Part shown: in pieces, positions 22,690-34,581 of the stretch
How positions within the stretch are numbered: the first letter of the stretch is position 1
How the letters are laid out: each line of letters opens with the position of its first letter
Source: Macrostomum lignano
Taxonomy: Eukaryota
Assembly (NCBI GenBank): GCA_002269645.1
Contig: NIVC01002369.1
Location: 115,847-179,846, forward strand
DNA: 64,000 nt
Direction of reading: 5' to 3'
The notes under the pieces: generated by a model
Told to the model about the DNA's origin: nothing
Database searches by the model: none
Seen by the model: the letters and a program-made list of their open reading frames with translations, nothing else
Translations under genes and position numbers: made by a program

Positions 22690-23164
22690 CTCTCCCTAGC
22701 CACCCTATCACTCACCCAACCCACCCTAAGACTCTCCCTAGCCACCCTATCACTCACCCAAACCACCCTAAGACTCTCCCTAGCCACCCTTTCACTCACC
22801 CAAACCACCCTAAGACTCTCCCTAGCCACCCTATCACTCACCCAACCCACCCTAAGACTCTCCCTAGCCACCCTATCACTCACCCAACCCACCCTAAGAC
22901 TCTCCCTAGCCACCCTATCACTCACCCAACCCACCCTAAGACTCTCCCTAGCCACCCTATCACTCACCCAACCCACCCTAAGACTCTCCCTAGCCACCCT
23001 ATCACTCACCCAACCCACCCTAAGACTCTCCCTAGCCACCCTATCACTCACCCAACCCACCCTAAGACTCTCCCTAGCCACCCTATCACTCACCCAACCC
23101 ACCCTAAGACTCTCCCTAGCCACCCTATCACTCACCCAAACCACCCTAAGACTCTCCCTAGCCA
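22690..23164. repeat. 42-bp satellite, array 1 (11 units)
   Basis: Unit ctctccctagccaccctatcactcacccaa(c/a)ccaccctaaga; (23152-22690)/42 = 11. Confidence 0.97.
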
Positions 23165-23314
23165 TCCTAGGACTCCACTGCCACTCTACCAGTCACCCTG
23201 CTACTCCAATTTTCACCCTACCTACCCTGCTAACTGTTCAGCAACTTCTCTTAACCCATTTCCTCTGCCATTGCACCTTTTTAGAATTTATCCTATTAGA
23301 TGATTTTTTAACTA

Positions 23315-23732
23315 TAGTATTTGTCATGCTATCTCAGCCTAGAGACATCCAAACTCAGCCAGCCCATCTCAACAGTGCGATTTTTTACGTAAGCCAGTCA
23401 AGTTTTACCATAGACATGCTTCTTAAGGCCATGCTATCTCAGCCTGGGACATGCAATCTCAGCCACTTTTCAGATTCTTACTGACTTTTCTTGCTGCGTT
23501 CATTCATTGCTGTTTGTTGCCATTTCATGTCACGTTACAGAAATGATAGCATTGAGATCTGTTTGCAATTGAAATCTATATTGGCTGAGATTGCATGTCC
23601 CAGGCTGAGATAGCATGGCCTTAAGAAGCATGTCTATGGTAAAACTCGACTAGCTCGAGCCAAAAAACGCATTGCGGAATGGGGCTGGCTGAGTTTGGAT
23701 GTCCCTAGGCTGAGATAGCATGACAAAAGCTA
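23315..23732. mobile_element. MITE, 418 bp, ~150-bp TIRs, TA target duplication
   Basis: TIRs 23315-23465 and 23582-23732 (tagtatttgtcatgctatctcagcc...). The empty site aacTAttaaataac is seen in the three paralogous blocks near 40385, 50480 and 61303. Confidence 0.92.
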
Positions 23733-23879
23733 TATTAAATAACTTACTAAAGAATGAAATTGTTTTGATAGTGTTCCAATCACTACCCTTCTCTTATTTA
23801 ATTTTCACCTACCGAATACTCGTAAACTACAGAGTGGTAAATGCGATTGCTGTTGTGTAAAACATTTCTCAGAGGCACT

Positions 23880-24560
23880 TATGCTCAGCTCCCAAGTCCT
23901 TCAAGTAATTCTCTCACAGTTTCGACACTTGGCTCCACATGCCAGGCATGACTCTGGCAGATGCTTCTTCATAAAAAAACTGCAGGCCTTGCCCGAAATG
24001 CGCATTTGGCCTTGAGCACTGCTTTGATGTCGCATTTTGTCCTTTGTTGAACTGACTGCTTCCAACTTTCCTTGAGGTCAAGGCACTCTTACTGACTTGC
24101 TTTTGCGCTGCAGCAGTCTCCACCGCAAGCATCAATGTTAACGGGCCTTTAATAATCAGTTCTTTCACCACGGAGGCATTGCACAGTCCGGCTGCAAACT
24201 GGTCTCTTAGAGCTTCTTGCAGAATGTATTCAAATACCACATCTGTCGCAGTCTCGCAGTCGGTTCTCAAAATATGCTTATGGGTACTCGTCTTGCTTCG
24301 CTACGTTAAACCTGTGACGCTCAGGCACAAGTTTTTGTGAGGTGACAAGCTACTTGATTTCATCCTCTAGATTCTCGAATGCATTGACCTCTAGCTTCGC
24401 CGGAGGGACCAAGAAGTTTCCTAATTTGTCATACGCGGCTACCGCCATGAGGCTTAAAAAGTCAATCTTGAGTAAGACTCCGTCAACCTTCTCGTCTTTC
24501 ATGTCCAATTTTCTGCAGACGGCTTCAATCCGCTAAATGCCTCAGAAATTCCTTCAGTCC
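23880..24560 (-). mobile_element. Degenerate Gypsy (Mag-like) gag with zinc knuckles (block X); copies near 40530-41200, 50630-51290 and 61470-62110
   Basis: Minus strand gives RIEAVCRKLDMKDEKVDGVLLKIDFLSLMAVAAYDKLGNFLVPPAK...ERHRFN, then EALRDQFAAGLCNASVVKELIIKGPLTLMLAVETA, then KKHLPESCLACGAKCRNC. Contains stops and frameshifts. Confidence 0.75.
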
Positions 24561-25011
24561 AGGGCGACTCCCGCAGGTTCCCTCAAGACAGTGACGCCCT
24601 TGTTTTTTCAGTTCGTCCAGAGCCAAACAGACAGAAGTTTCACGATCGTGCTGCTCAGCTAGAAATTCTAAATGATGATGTACATTGACACTCGGCAGCT
24701 TAAAACGCGCCGTTTTGTTTAATTTCCCAAACCGTCTCAAATAAGCACGCAGAATTGGGAACGCAGCAAGATGATACAGACAGAAAAATGAGGCGGTGCA
24801 ACTGGGTCAGTTTGGGGTAGACGTGGCGGGGAGAGGTAAAAGTGCACTGCCGGCCTTCTTAACCGGGGGCCAAGGATTGCTCATCAATGCAGATGTACCC
24901 GGTCACATTGCCGTTTAGCAATAACCTTTCACCCAGTAAAATGTCCATTAAAAACTACTGTCTGTTTACTTTTCCGTAAGACTCAGCTATAAGTGTAGTT
25001 CACTTCCTTTG

Positions 25012-25509
25012 ATGTCTTTCACTTCCGGATCACAAAGTGACGAAGTCCCTACCGCTCCGCATTGCAGCTCCGACAGAGACGGGCATCTCCGAACAGATCG
25101 CAGCCCCACAGTTTCTCAGAGATGCGCCGGGGCTCTGTCGCCTGCCCCTTTTGTCCCAGGCGGTTCTGCCGCACCCGATCGGCAGCGGCGCAGTACTTGC
25201 GGTCGGGAACACCCGAGCTTCAAAGAGTGCTGCAACATGGCAACGTCAAGCTCAGGGCATCGAGAGCCCGTTCCAGTGCGACACTTGCCAGAAGAAGTTT
25301 ACCAAAAAAAGCCATATCAAAGCTCACATTAGTGCAGTGCACAAGAAGGCAAACCGTACAAGTGCAAGGTGTGCGGCAAGAGATTCCATGTCAGCAGCGC
25401 CTTCACTACATACTCGAGGCGGCACACAGGAGAAAAGCCATTTGAGTGCAGGGTGTGCAGCAAGATACTAAATAAAGCCAGCATACTGAAGAGGCACTCC
25501 AAGCAGTAG
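25012..25509 (+). pseudogene. ZF5: zinc-finger pseudogene (3 fingers)
   Basis: A ~180-bp deletion removes HVRSH and the acidic linker (gtacttgcg|gtcgggaac). 1-bp deletion in aaggc-aaaccg. Finger 2 has His>Tyr (VSSAFTTY). TAG replaces the last His. Confidence 0.85.
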
Positions 25510-26772
25510 GTTTTGTAGAGAATATTCAACTTCGTGTTCCGTGATCGCTGAAATAGACTCCGGATATTTGTTCTTCCTGTGCTCCACGCGTTTTCAATTT
25601 ATTCGCAATCTCTTGACAACTTTTTGTTCTTTGTATTAATGATTTTTGTTAAATTTTTCTGAAGAATGCATTAGGAAGTTGTTGCACTGGTTAGCTGTTG
25701 CTGCCAAAGGAAGTTGATTTTTGCTGTTTTTATAAATTATACCGGTGGCATTGAAGTCTATGTTTTGTTTTAATATTTGTCTTGATGTGTGTATAATTGT
25801 TTTGATATAAAGATTTTAATAGGCCACGTAAAATGTCGAATGCAGCTGTTGTCATTGGCATGATTGCTCAGCTGTCAGGGCATCAAGCCGGGCAGCAGAG
25901 CGACAGCGAGACAGAGAGAACCTCTGAGCCGTGCCGCAGAGTCCTTTGGAAAAAAGTTGAGTTGAGTTGCAGCTAGAATGTAGGTTTTAATGGCTGCCAA
26001 GACAGTCAACAGGTTGAGCCAAATTACCGTTTCCATGACTGCCCCTGAGCACACTGTTGCCTCTTACACTGATGACTGCACAATCTTATTATTATAGAAT
26101 GAATTTGCCTTCATAATCCTCTTGTTCATTAGTTTCATTAGTAAAATATGCTATGGAGTTGGAATTTCACTTTTTTGCTTTGCTTAAATGCATTCATGCT
26201 AAGCTCCCAGGTCTAGGGCAGTGGGTTCTCCTTTTTAATTTCCCGAGCCGTCTGAAACGGGTAGACAGCATTTGGAATGCAGCAGAGGGACCCTTCAAAC
26301 AGAATGGGAAGGGATGTAACTGGGTGAGTTTGGTGTAGACGCGGCTGAAAGGAGTAAGAGTGCAATGGCAGGCCCTTCTGACGAGTGCCAAGGATTTCTT
26401 ATCGGTACAGCCGATGTACCCGGGCACATTCTCGATTAGCAGCAAGATTTTCACACGCTTGAATCTTCATCGAAAATTGACTGTTGCAAATTCAAGTATA
26501 GCATGCATTCTATATTTACATGTATCACTTTCATAGATGTTTATATAAAGTTAGTCTATTTATTTGTTGATGTAACCCAGCTATCGTCTTTATGTTCTCA
26601 AAATCAGAAAGCATACTTGTAGTTTAGTTCTTTTTGATGTTTTCAATCCCAGTTTACAAACGGATCCAACAAGTGATTAAGATAGTCTACCGCTCCACAT
26701 TCCAGCTTAGGCAGAGACGGGCCTCGAGCATCGGCATCTCCGCACAGATCGCAGCCCCACAGTTCCTCAGAG

Positions 26773-27903
26773 ATGCGCCGGGGCTCTGTCGCCTGCCCCT
26801 TTTGTCCCAGGCGGTTCTGCCGTACCCGTTCGGCAGCGGCGCAGTACTTGCGTCATGTGCGGTCACACGGAATGGGCTGCGACTCGGAGCCAGAGGAGGC
26901 GGCTGCGACCAACTCAGAAGCTGGCAGAGCGGCGGCGGTCGAGCAGGTCGAGTCTCGCAATGAGTCAGCGATGCAGCCGTGTGCAGACGGCAGTTCTGCA
27001 GTGACGAAGAGTCCAGAGTGCGAGTCAGCCGGGAAGACCCGAGCTTTGAACAGTGCTGCAACACGGCAACGTCAAGCTCAGGCTGTCGAGAGGGCGTTCC
27101 AGTGCAACACTTGCCAGAAGAAGTTCACCAGAAAAGGCCACCTCAAAGCTCACATTAGTGCAGTGCACATGAAGGCGAAACTGCACAAGTGCAAGGTGTG
27201 CGGCAAGAGATTCGGTTTCAGCAGCGACCTCAATACACACTCTAGAGTGCACACAGGAGAAAAGCCATTTGAGTGCAAGGTGTGCGGCAAGAGATTCGGT
27301 CAAGCATGGGGCCTCTCTTACCACTCAAGGCTGCACACAGGAGAAAAGCCATTTGAGTGCAATGTGTGCGGCAAGAGATTTAGTGTCAGTAGCAGCCTCA
27401 CTCAGCACTCTAGGCTTCACACAGGAGAAAAGCCTTTCGAGTGCAAGGTGTGCGGCAAAAGATTCAATCAAGCAAGCAATCTCTCTTCCCACTCAAGGCT
27501 GCACACAGGAGAAAAGCCATTTGAGTGCAAGGTGTGCGGCAAGAGATTTAGTGACAGCAGCAGCCTTACTAAGCACTCTAGGCTTCACACAGGAGAAAAG
27601 CCTTTCGAGTGCAAAGTTTGCGGCAAAAGATTCAATCAAGCAAGCAATCTCTCTTCCCACTCAAGGCTGCACACAGGAGAAAAGCCATTTGAGTGCAATG
27701 TGTGCGGCAAGAGATTTAGTGACAGCAGCAGCCTCACTAAGCACTCTAGGCTTCACACAGGAGAAAAGCCGTTTGAGTGCATGGTGTGCGGCAAGAGATT
27801 TCATGTAAGCAGCAACCTCACTAAGCACTCCAGGGTGCACACAAGAAAAAGCTATTCGAGTGCCAGGTGTTCTGCAAAAGATTCAGTTAAGGCAGCAATC
27901 TGA
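26773..27903 (+). CDS. C2H2 zinc-finger protein ZF6 (9 fingers plus frameshifted tail)
   Basis: 376-aa ORF from MRRGSV. Helices [63 protein letters not shown]. Confidence 0.88.
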   Translation: MRRGSVACPFCPRRFCRTRSAAAQYLRHVRSHGMGCDSEPEEAAATNSEAGRAAAVEQVESRNESAMQPCADGSSAVTKSPECESAGKTRALNSAATRQRQAQAVERAFQCNTCQKKFTRKGHLKAHISAVHMKAKLHKCKVCGKRFGFSSDLNTHSRVHTGEKPFECKVCGKRFGQAWGLSYHSRLHTGEKPFECNVCGKRFSVSSSLTQHSRLHTGEKPFECKVCGKRFNQASNLSSHSRLHTGEKPFECKVCGKRFSDSSSLTKHSRLHTGEKPFECKVCGKRFNQASNLSSHSRLHTGEKPFECNVCGKRFSDSSSLTKHSRLHTGEKPFECMVCGKRFHVSSNLTKHSRVHTRKSYSSARCSAKDSVKAAI

Positions 27904-29456
27904 AGAGGCACTCCAAGCAGCACATTTTTAACGAATATTTAACTTTGCGCACCGTGATTGTAGAAATGGACACACGATCTTTGTTTTTCTGTGCTCCAGG
28001 CGTTTTCAGTGTACGAGTACTTGCAATCGTTTAACAGCTTTTTGTTCCTATGTAATTATGCTTTGTCTTGAATCTTTCCTTTAGGATGCATGAGGAAGTT
28101 GATGCACTGATGAGCTGTTGCTGCCAAATGTTTTCAGTTTTTTCCCAGTAGTCACATTGCGTACTGTACGAGTACTCGGCACTTATGCTACTTTTCATTT
28201 GACTTATTTTAATTTTTGCTTAAAAAATTCTGCGCACAGTAGGCACGAATATTATAAACTGATAGTTTGGTGATTGTCAGTTTTCTAATTATTGAGTTAG
28301 CGAAGTCACAAATTCCCAAAGTTAGGTCGATCTGTAGTTGTCCGATAGCTTTACAACTTGACCAGAATGCGTCATATAGAGTTTCGGCTGGGTGGCTGAA
28401 TCACTTGGTGCCCTCCGAGTAACCTGTTTCGATGCACTTTAATCATAGTGCTCATATGCTGTCTTAATTGTCGAAGGTCGAAAAAAATTGCATGCTCTGG
28501 GGAATCGAGTCAAGTTTGGTGTTAGCGTGGCGTTTTGCGAGGAATCTTTCTGTTTCTGCTGTTTTGACCTTGAAAGACCTTCCAAGTGCTGTGAGCAGAA
28601 TGGCGGTCTTCAGCTCGTCGCTTTCATTATCTCGCTTCACGGCTGTGAGGGAGAGCGCGAAACCAGCAATTCATGTTTCCACTTCTTCATTTGTTCTCAT
28701 CGAATGCGATGGATGCTGGTGGCTTCAACTCTCCTGTATCAGCCAGCCATGTGTATCAAAGCGTCGGCTTTGAATTAGCTGAGTAGCGACTGAATGATGT
28801 ATGCGGTTAAGGAGTTAATCGTTAGCTGTGTTCCTCTGACACCATGCTGTTTGTTGTCGTGTTAGTAATGAAATCTCAAATCTATGGGCTTGTGTCTCCG
28901 ATTAGCGGTTTTTCGCATGAACACTTAAAGAGGACGGCTCAAAAATGCAAGTATAGAGCATAGTCGGGAGTGCTCAGTAGTCCCTGTCACAAGCTCTATT
29001 TTTCACATTGCGCAAGACAGTACAGTTAATTAGCACTTGAGAGAATCCCTAGCTACATAAATATTTTACAATAGAATAATTGCTACCAGCTTCTCCACCA
29101 TCTAGAAATTGCATCTTTAAACTCCGAGTTGGCGCGTCAGATTGTAGAAGCATTTGACATCGTGCATTCGTCAAAAATGCTGTCCCAGTAAAGTTCCAAT
29201 AAGCCGGTCTCTCAGACAGCTGAGAAATGTTTAAATTCTGACACCAAATTTCGTTTCGATTGGCTGGCCTTTAGGCTTTGCTCGTCTTAGCCGGTGGGGC
29301 CGCCTACCCACCCTTTTTGTTACGGCTTTTTAGTATTTCGCTCCGGGTTTGCGCATCCACCTTAAATTGTTCAGTCGCGCAAAGTTGCAGTACAATTGGC
29401 AGAAATCAATGGGTCCTGCCAGGCAGTCGAGCGATAATTAAATAAAAAACTGTTTA

Positions 29457-30071
29457 TACTCAGCAACAGCTGAACCCCCCCCCCCAACTCACGCTGTCAC
29501 ACGGGCACAAATGTTAAGCAATGTCTTTAATTCTAGTCTCAGTATCGTGTGTAGGAACCACGAGCATGCAAAAGTGCCGTGACTCGTCGTGGCATCCTGA
29601 TAACCAGCCGGTTGATGAACTCTTGAGGCAGCTGCTGCCAGGCATTCAGCACCGCCAGTCGCAACTGCTCAGCATTCTGTGGGGCATCCTGCTGAACTCT
29701 TCGCTTTACAAAGTCCCAGAAATGCTCGATGGGGTTATGGGTATTTTGTTGTACTTTTTATTTGCAACTCAGTTTGTCATAAATTACCATAGACTAATTT
29801 CCTTTTACAGTTCTTTCTCGCAGTTAAGTTTCTCGTGGAGGGGTTCATGTCTGGAGACTTTGACGGCCAGTTCAATGTGCGAATGCACCATTGCGCAATG
29901 CAGCCACCAGTGGGTTGAGTTGCGCCACCCCCTCCCAAATCCCCCATGCCGCACTTTGCGCTCGCGTCTGGCGGCGGCAGCCTTCACACATTTCTGAGTC
30001 ACCGATGGCATACAAAACTTTTGGGCCGTGTGACGGCGTGAGTTGGGGGGGGGGGTGGCTGTTGCTGAGTA
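29457..30071 (-). mobile_element. Internally deleted Tc1-like DNA transposon, 615 bp, ~55-bp TIRs, TA TSD
   Basis: TIR tactcagcaacagc...cccccaactcacgc(t/c)gtcacacgg at both ends. TA at 29455-56 and 30072-73; empty site ctgttTAttttg in five paralogous spacers. Minus strand encodes IRTLNWPSKSPDMNP and NPIEHFWDFVKRRV...MPRRVTALLHARGSYTRY* (stop at 29539-41), the Tc1 transposase C-terminus. Confidence 0.93.
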
Positions 30072-30889
30072 TATTTTGATTTAGCTAAAACACCAATCCA
30101 AACCCGGTAAAATTGGTTGAGACTGCGGTATTAAATGATAAAAGCACCGATTGAGTTCGGTTTGATCTGTAAGCGTGCACTGTTCAAACAATTGTTTAAC
30201 GGCATCGTCGCGTTGCGTACGATATTCAAATATACAACAGGCTTTGCTTCTATTAACCAGCCTGTTTTCGAGTCATTCTTTCCCTGAAGCTTGATGGTTC
30301 AGGGGTCCTGTATATATAATTTCCAAAGCATCATCACACCAGTATCGGAAGTCACGTTGTAAGCTCCTTTGTTGCAGGCCCGCGCGATCCAGGCGGACCA
30401 GCTCGAAGCCTTTGATAATGATTTTGGAGGCTGGATGGAGCTTGCTCTCTTAGATAGCGGTTTAGGTATATATAAGGCAACTAAAAACTTTTTTATTGTA
30501 AATCTATTTTACCAAAGTGAGGACCATGCAGTGATAGTTGAAATTGTTGGTATCTGGTCTCCAGTAGAAAATTGAATTAGATAATGGAAGAATTGAGCAA
30601 AAATCAAGAAAAATTTGTATGTTAGGAAGTTTACCTGGAAGGCTTTGGCTCACTATCTTTCACGAGCCAAAGATTGCTCCTCAGTGTGAATTTTGCCATG
30701 CACGTCATGCCGTTTAGCAGCAACATTTTCACTCGGTTAAATCCATCATCAATTGGTTGTCTTAAATTCAAGTAAAGCATGCATGGGATTTTTATCACTT
30801 TCATAAAATAAAAAATTTTGCTTTTTATTTGTCAATATAACCCAGAAATTGTCTATGTTTTCGATATTGGGGATGTTCATTTCCTTTGC

Positions 30890-32259
30890 ATGTCTTTCCA
30901 TTCCGGATCACAAAGTGACGAAGTCCCTACCGCTCCGCATTGCAGCTCAGGCAGAGACCCGCTTCGAGCATCGGCATCTCCGCACAGATCGCAGCCCCAC
31001 AGTTCCTCAGAGATGCGCCGGGGCTCTGTCGCCTGCCCCTTTTGTCCCAGGCGGTTCTGCCGTACCCGTTCGGCAGCGGCGCAGTACTTGCATCATGTGC
31101 GGTCACACGGAATGGGCTGCGACTCGGAGCCAGAGGAGGTGGCTGCGACCAACTCAGAAGCTGGCAGAGCGGCGGCGGTCGAGCAGGTCGAGTCTCGCAA
31201 TGAGTCAGCGATGCAGCCGTGTGCAGACGGCAGTTCTGCAGTGACGAAGAGTCCAGAGTGCGAGTCAGCCGGGAAGACCCGAGCTTTGAACAGTGCTGCA
31301 ACACGGCAACGTCAAGCTCAGGCTGTCGAGAGGGCGTTCCAGTGCAACACTTGCCAGAAGAAGTTCACCAGAAAAGCCACCTCAAAGCTCACATTAGTGC
31401 AGTGCACATGAAGGCGAAACCGCACAAGTGCAAGGTGTGCGGCAAGAGATTCGGTTTCAGCAGCGACCTCAATACACACTCTAGAGTGCACACAGGAGAA
31501 AAGCCATTTGAGTGCAAGGTGTGCGGCAAGAGATTCGGTTTCAGCAGCGACCTCAATACACACTCTAGAGTGCACACAGGAGAAAAGCCATTTGAGTGCA
31601 ATGTGTGCGGCAAGAGATTTAGTGACAGCAGCAGCCTTACTAAGCACTCAAGGCTGCACACAGGAGAAAAGCCATTTGAGTGCAATGTGTGCGGCAAGAG
31701 ATTTAGTGACAGCAGCAGCCTTACTAAGCACTCAAGGCTGCACACAGGAGAAAAGCCATTTGAGTGCAATGTGTGCGGCAAGAGATTTAGTGACAGCAGC
31801 AGCCTTACTAAGCACTCAAGGCTGCACACAGGAGAAAAGCCATTTGAGTGCAATGTGTGCGGCAAGAGATTTAGTGACAGCAGCAGCCTTACTAAGCACT
31901 CAAGGCTGCACACAGGAGAAAAGCCATTTGAGTGCAATGTGTGCGGCAAGAGATTTAGTGACAGCAGCAGCCTCACTAAGCACTCAAGGCTTCACACAGG
32001 AGAAAAGCCTTTCGAGTGCAAGGTTTGCGGCAAAAGATTCAATCAAGCAGGCAGCCTCTCTTCCCACTCAAGGCTTCACACAGGAGAAAAGCCGTTTGAG
32101 TGCATGGTGTGCGGCAAGAGATTTAGTGACAGCAGCAGCCTCACTAAGCACTCTAGGCTTCACACAGGAGAAAAGCCGTTTGAGTGCATGGTGTGCGGCA
32201 AGAGATTTCATGTAAGCAGCAACCTCACTAAGCACTCCAGGGTGCACACGAATATTTAA
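30890..32259 (+). pseudogene. ZF7: 11-finger gene with a 1-bp deletion in finger 1
   Basis: ORFs 30818..31411 and 31219..32259 join at accagaaaagccacc (~31375). Helices FSSDLNT x2, DSSSLTK x5, [21 protein letters not shown]; ends TNI. A sequencing error cannot be excluded. Confidence 0.75.
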
Positions 32260-34581
32260 CTTTGCGCATCGTGATTGTAGAAATGGACACACGATCTTTG
32301 TTTTTCTGTGCTCCAGGCGTTTTCAGTGTACGAGTACTTGCAATCGTTTAACAGCTTTTTGTTCCTATGTAATTATGCTTTGTCTTGAATCTTTCCTTTA
32401 GGATGCATGAGGAAGTTGATACACTGATGAGCTGTTGCTGCCAAATGTTTTCAGTTTTTTCCCAGTAGTCACATTGCGTACTGTACGAGTACTCGGCACT
32501 TATGCTACTTCTCGTTTGACTTATTTTAATTTTTGCTTAAAAAATTCTGCGCACAGTAGGCACGAATATTATAAACTGATAGTTCGGTGATTGTCAGCTT
32601 TCTAATTAATGAGTTAGCGAAGTCACAAATTGCCAAAGTTAGGTCGATCTGTAGTTGTCCGATAGCTTTACAACTTGACCAGAATGCTACTCGGCTGGGT
32701 GGCTGAATCACTTGGTGCCCTCCGAGTAACCTGTTTCGATGCACTTTAATCGTAGTGCTCATATGCTGTCTTAATTGTGGAATTTTGAAAAAATTGCATG
32801 CTTTCGGGAATCGAGTCAAGTTTGGTGTTAGCGTGGCGTTTTGCGAGGAATCTTTCTGTTTCTGCTGTTTTGACCTTGAAAGACCTTCCAAGTGCTGTGA
32901 GCAGAATGGCGGTCTTCAGCTCGTCGCTTTCATTATCTCGCTTTGCGGCTGTGAGGAGAGCGCGAAACCAGCAATTCATGTTTTCACTTCTTCATTTGTT
33001 CTCATCGAATGCGATGGATGCTGGTGGCTTCAACTCTCCTGTATCAGCCAGCCATGTGTATCGAAGCATCGGCTTTGAATTAGCTGTATAGCGACTGAAT
33101 GATGTATGCGGTTAATGCGGTTAAGGAGTTAATCGTTAGCTGTGTTCCTCTGACACCATGCTGTTTGTTGTCGTGTTAGTAATGAAATCTCAAATCTATG
33201 GGCTTGTGTCTCCGATTAGCGGTTTTTCGAATGAACACGTAAAGAGGACGGCTCGAAAATGAAAGTATAGAGCATAGTCGGGAGTGCTCAGTAGTCCCTG
33301 TCACAAGCTCTATCTTTCACATTGCGCAAGACAGTACAGTTCATTAGCACTTGAGAGAATCCCTAGCTACATAAATATTTTACAATAGAATAATTGCTAC
33401 CAGCTTCTCCACCATCTAGAAATTGCACCTTTAAACTCCGAGTTGGCGCGTCAGATTGTAGAAGCATTTGACATCGTGCATTCGTCAAAAATGCTGTCCC
33501 AGTAAAGTTCCAATAAGCCGGTCTCTCAGACAGCTGAGAAATGTTTAAATTCTGACACCAAATTTCGTTTCGATTGGCTGGCTTTTGAGCTTTCCTCGTC
33601 TTAGCCGGTGGGGCCGCCTACCCACCTTTTTTGTTACGGCTTAGTATTTCGCTCCGGGTTTGCGCATCCACCTTAAATTGTTCAGTCGCGCAAAGTTGCA
33701 GTACAAGTGGCAGAAATCAATGGGTCCTGCCAGGCAGTCTAGCGATAATTAAATAAAAACTGTTTATTTTGATTTAGCTAAAACCCCAATCGAAACCCGG
33801 TAAAATTGGTTGAGACTGCGGTGTTAAATGATAACAGCACCGATTGAGTTCGGTTTGATCTGTAAGCGTGCACTGTTCAAACAATTGTTTAACGGCATCG
33901 TCGCGTTGCGTACGATATTTAAATATACAACAGGCTTTGCTTCTATTAACCAGCCTGTTTTCGAGTCATTCTTTCCCTGAAGCTTGATGGTTCAGGGGTC
34001 CTGTATATATAATTTCCAAGCATCATCACACCAGTATCGGAAGTCACGTTGTAAGCTCCTTTGTTGCAGGCCCGCGCGATCCAGGCGGACAAGCTCGAAG
34101 CCTTTGATAATGATTTTGGAGGCTGGACGGAGCTTGCTCTCTTAGATAGCGGTTTAGGTATATATAAGGCAACTAAAAACTGTTTTATTGTAAATCTATT
34201 TTACCGAAGTGAGGACCATGCAGTGATAGTTGAAATTGTTGGTATCTGGTCTCCAGTAGAAAATTGAATGAGATAATGGAAGAATTGAGCAAAAATCAAG
34301 AAAAATTTGTATGTTAGGAAGTTTACCTGGAAGGCTTTGGCTCACTATCTTTCACGAGCCAAGGATTGCTCATCAGTGTAAATTTAACCATGCACATCAT
34401 GCCGTTTAGCAGCAACATTTTCACTCTGTTAAATCCATCATCAATTGGTTGTCTTAAATTCAAGTAAAGCATGCATGGGATTTTTATCACTTTCATAAAA
34501 TAAAAAATTATGCTTTTTATTTGTCAATATAACCCAGAAATTGTCTATGTTTTCGATATTGGGGATGTTCATTTCCTTTGC

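Noticed and set aside
31318-32292. Long alternate-frame and antisense ORFs over the ZF genes (e.g. [22 protein letters not shown]..., MSARCAARD...)
   Set aside because: Shadow frames of an 84-bp repeat; they stay open because the repeat unit lacks stops in those frames.
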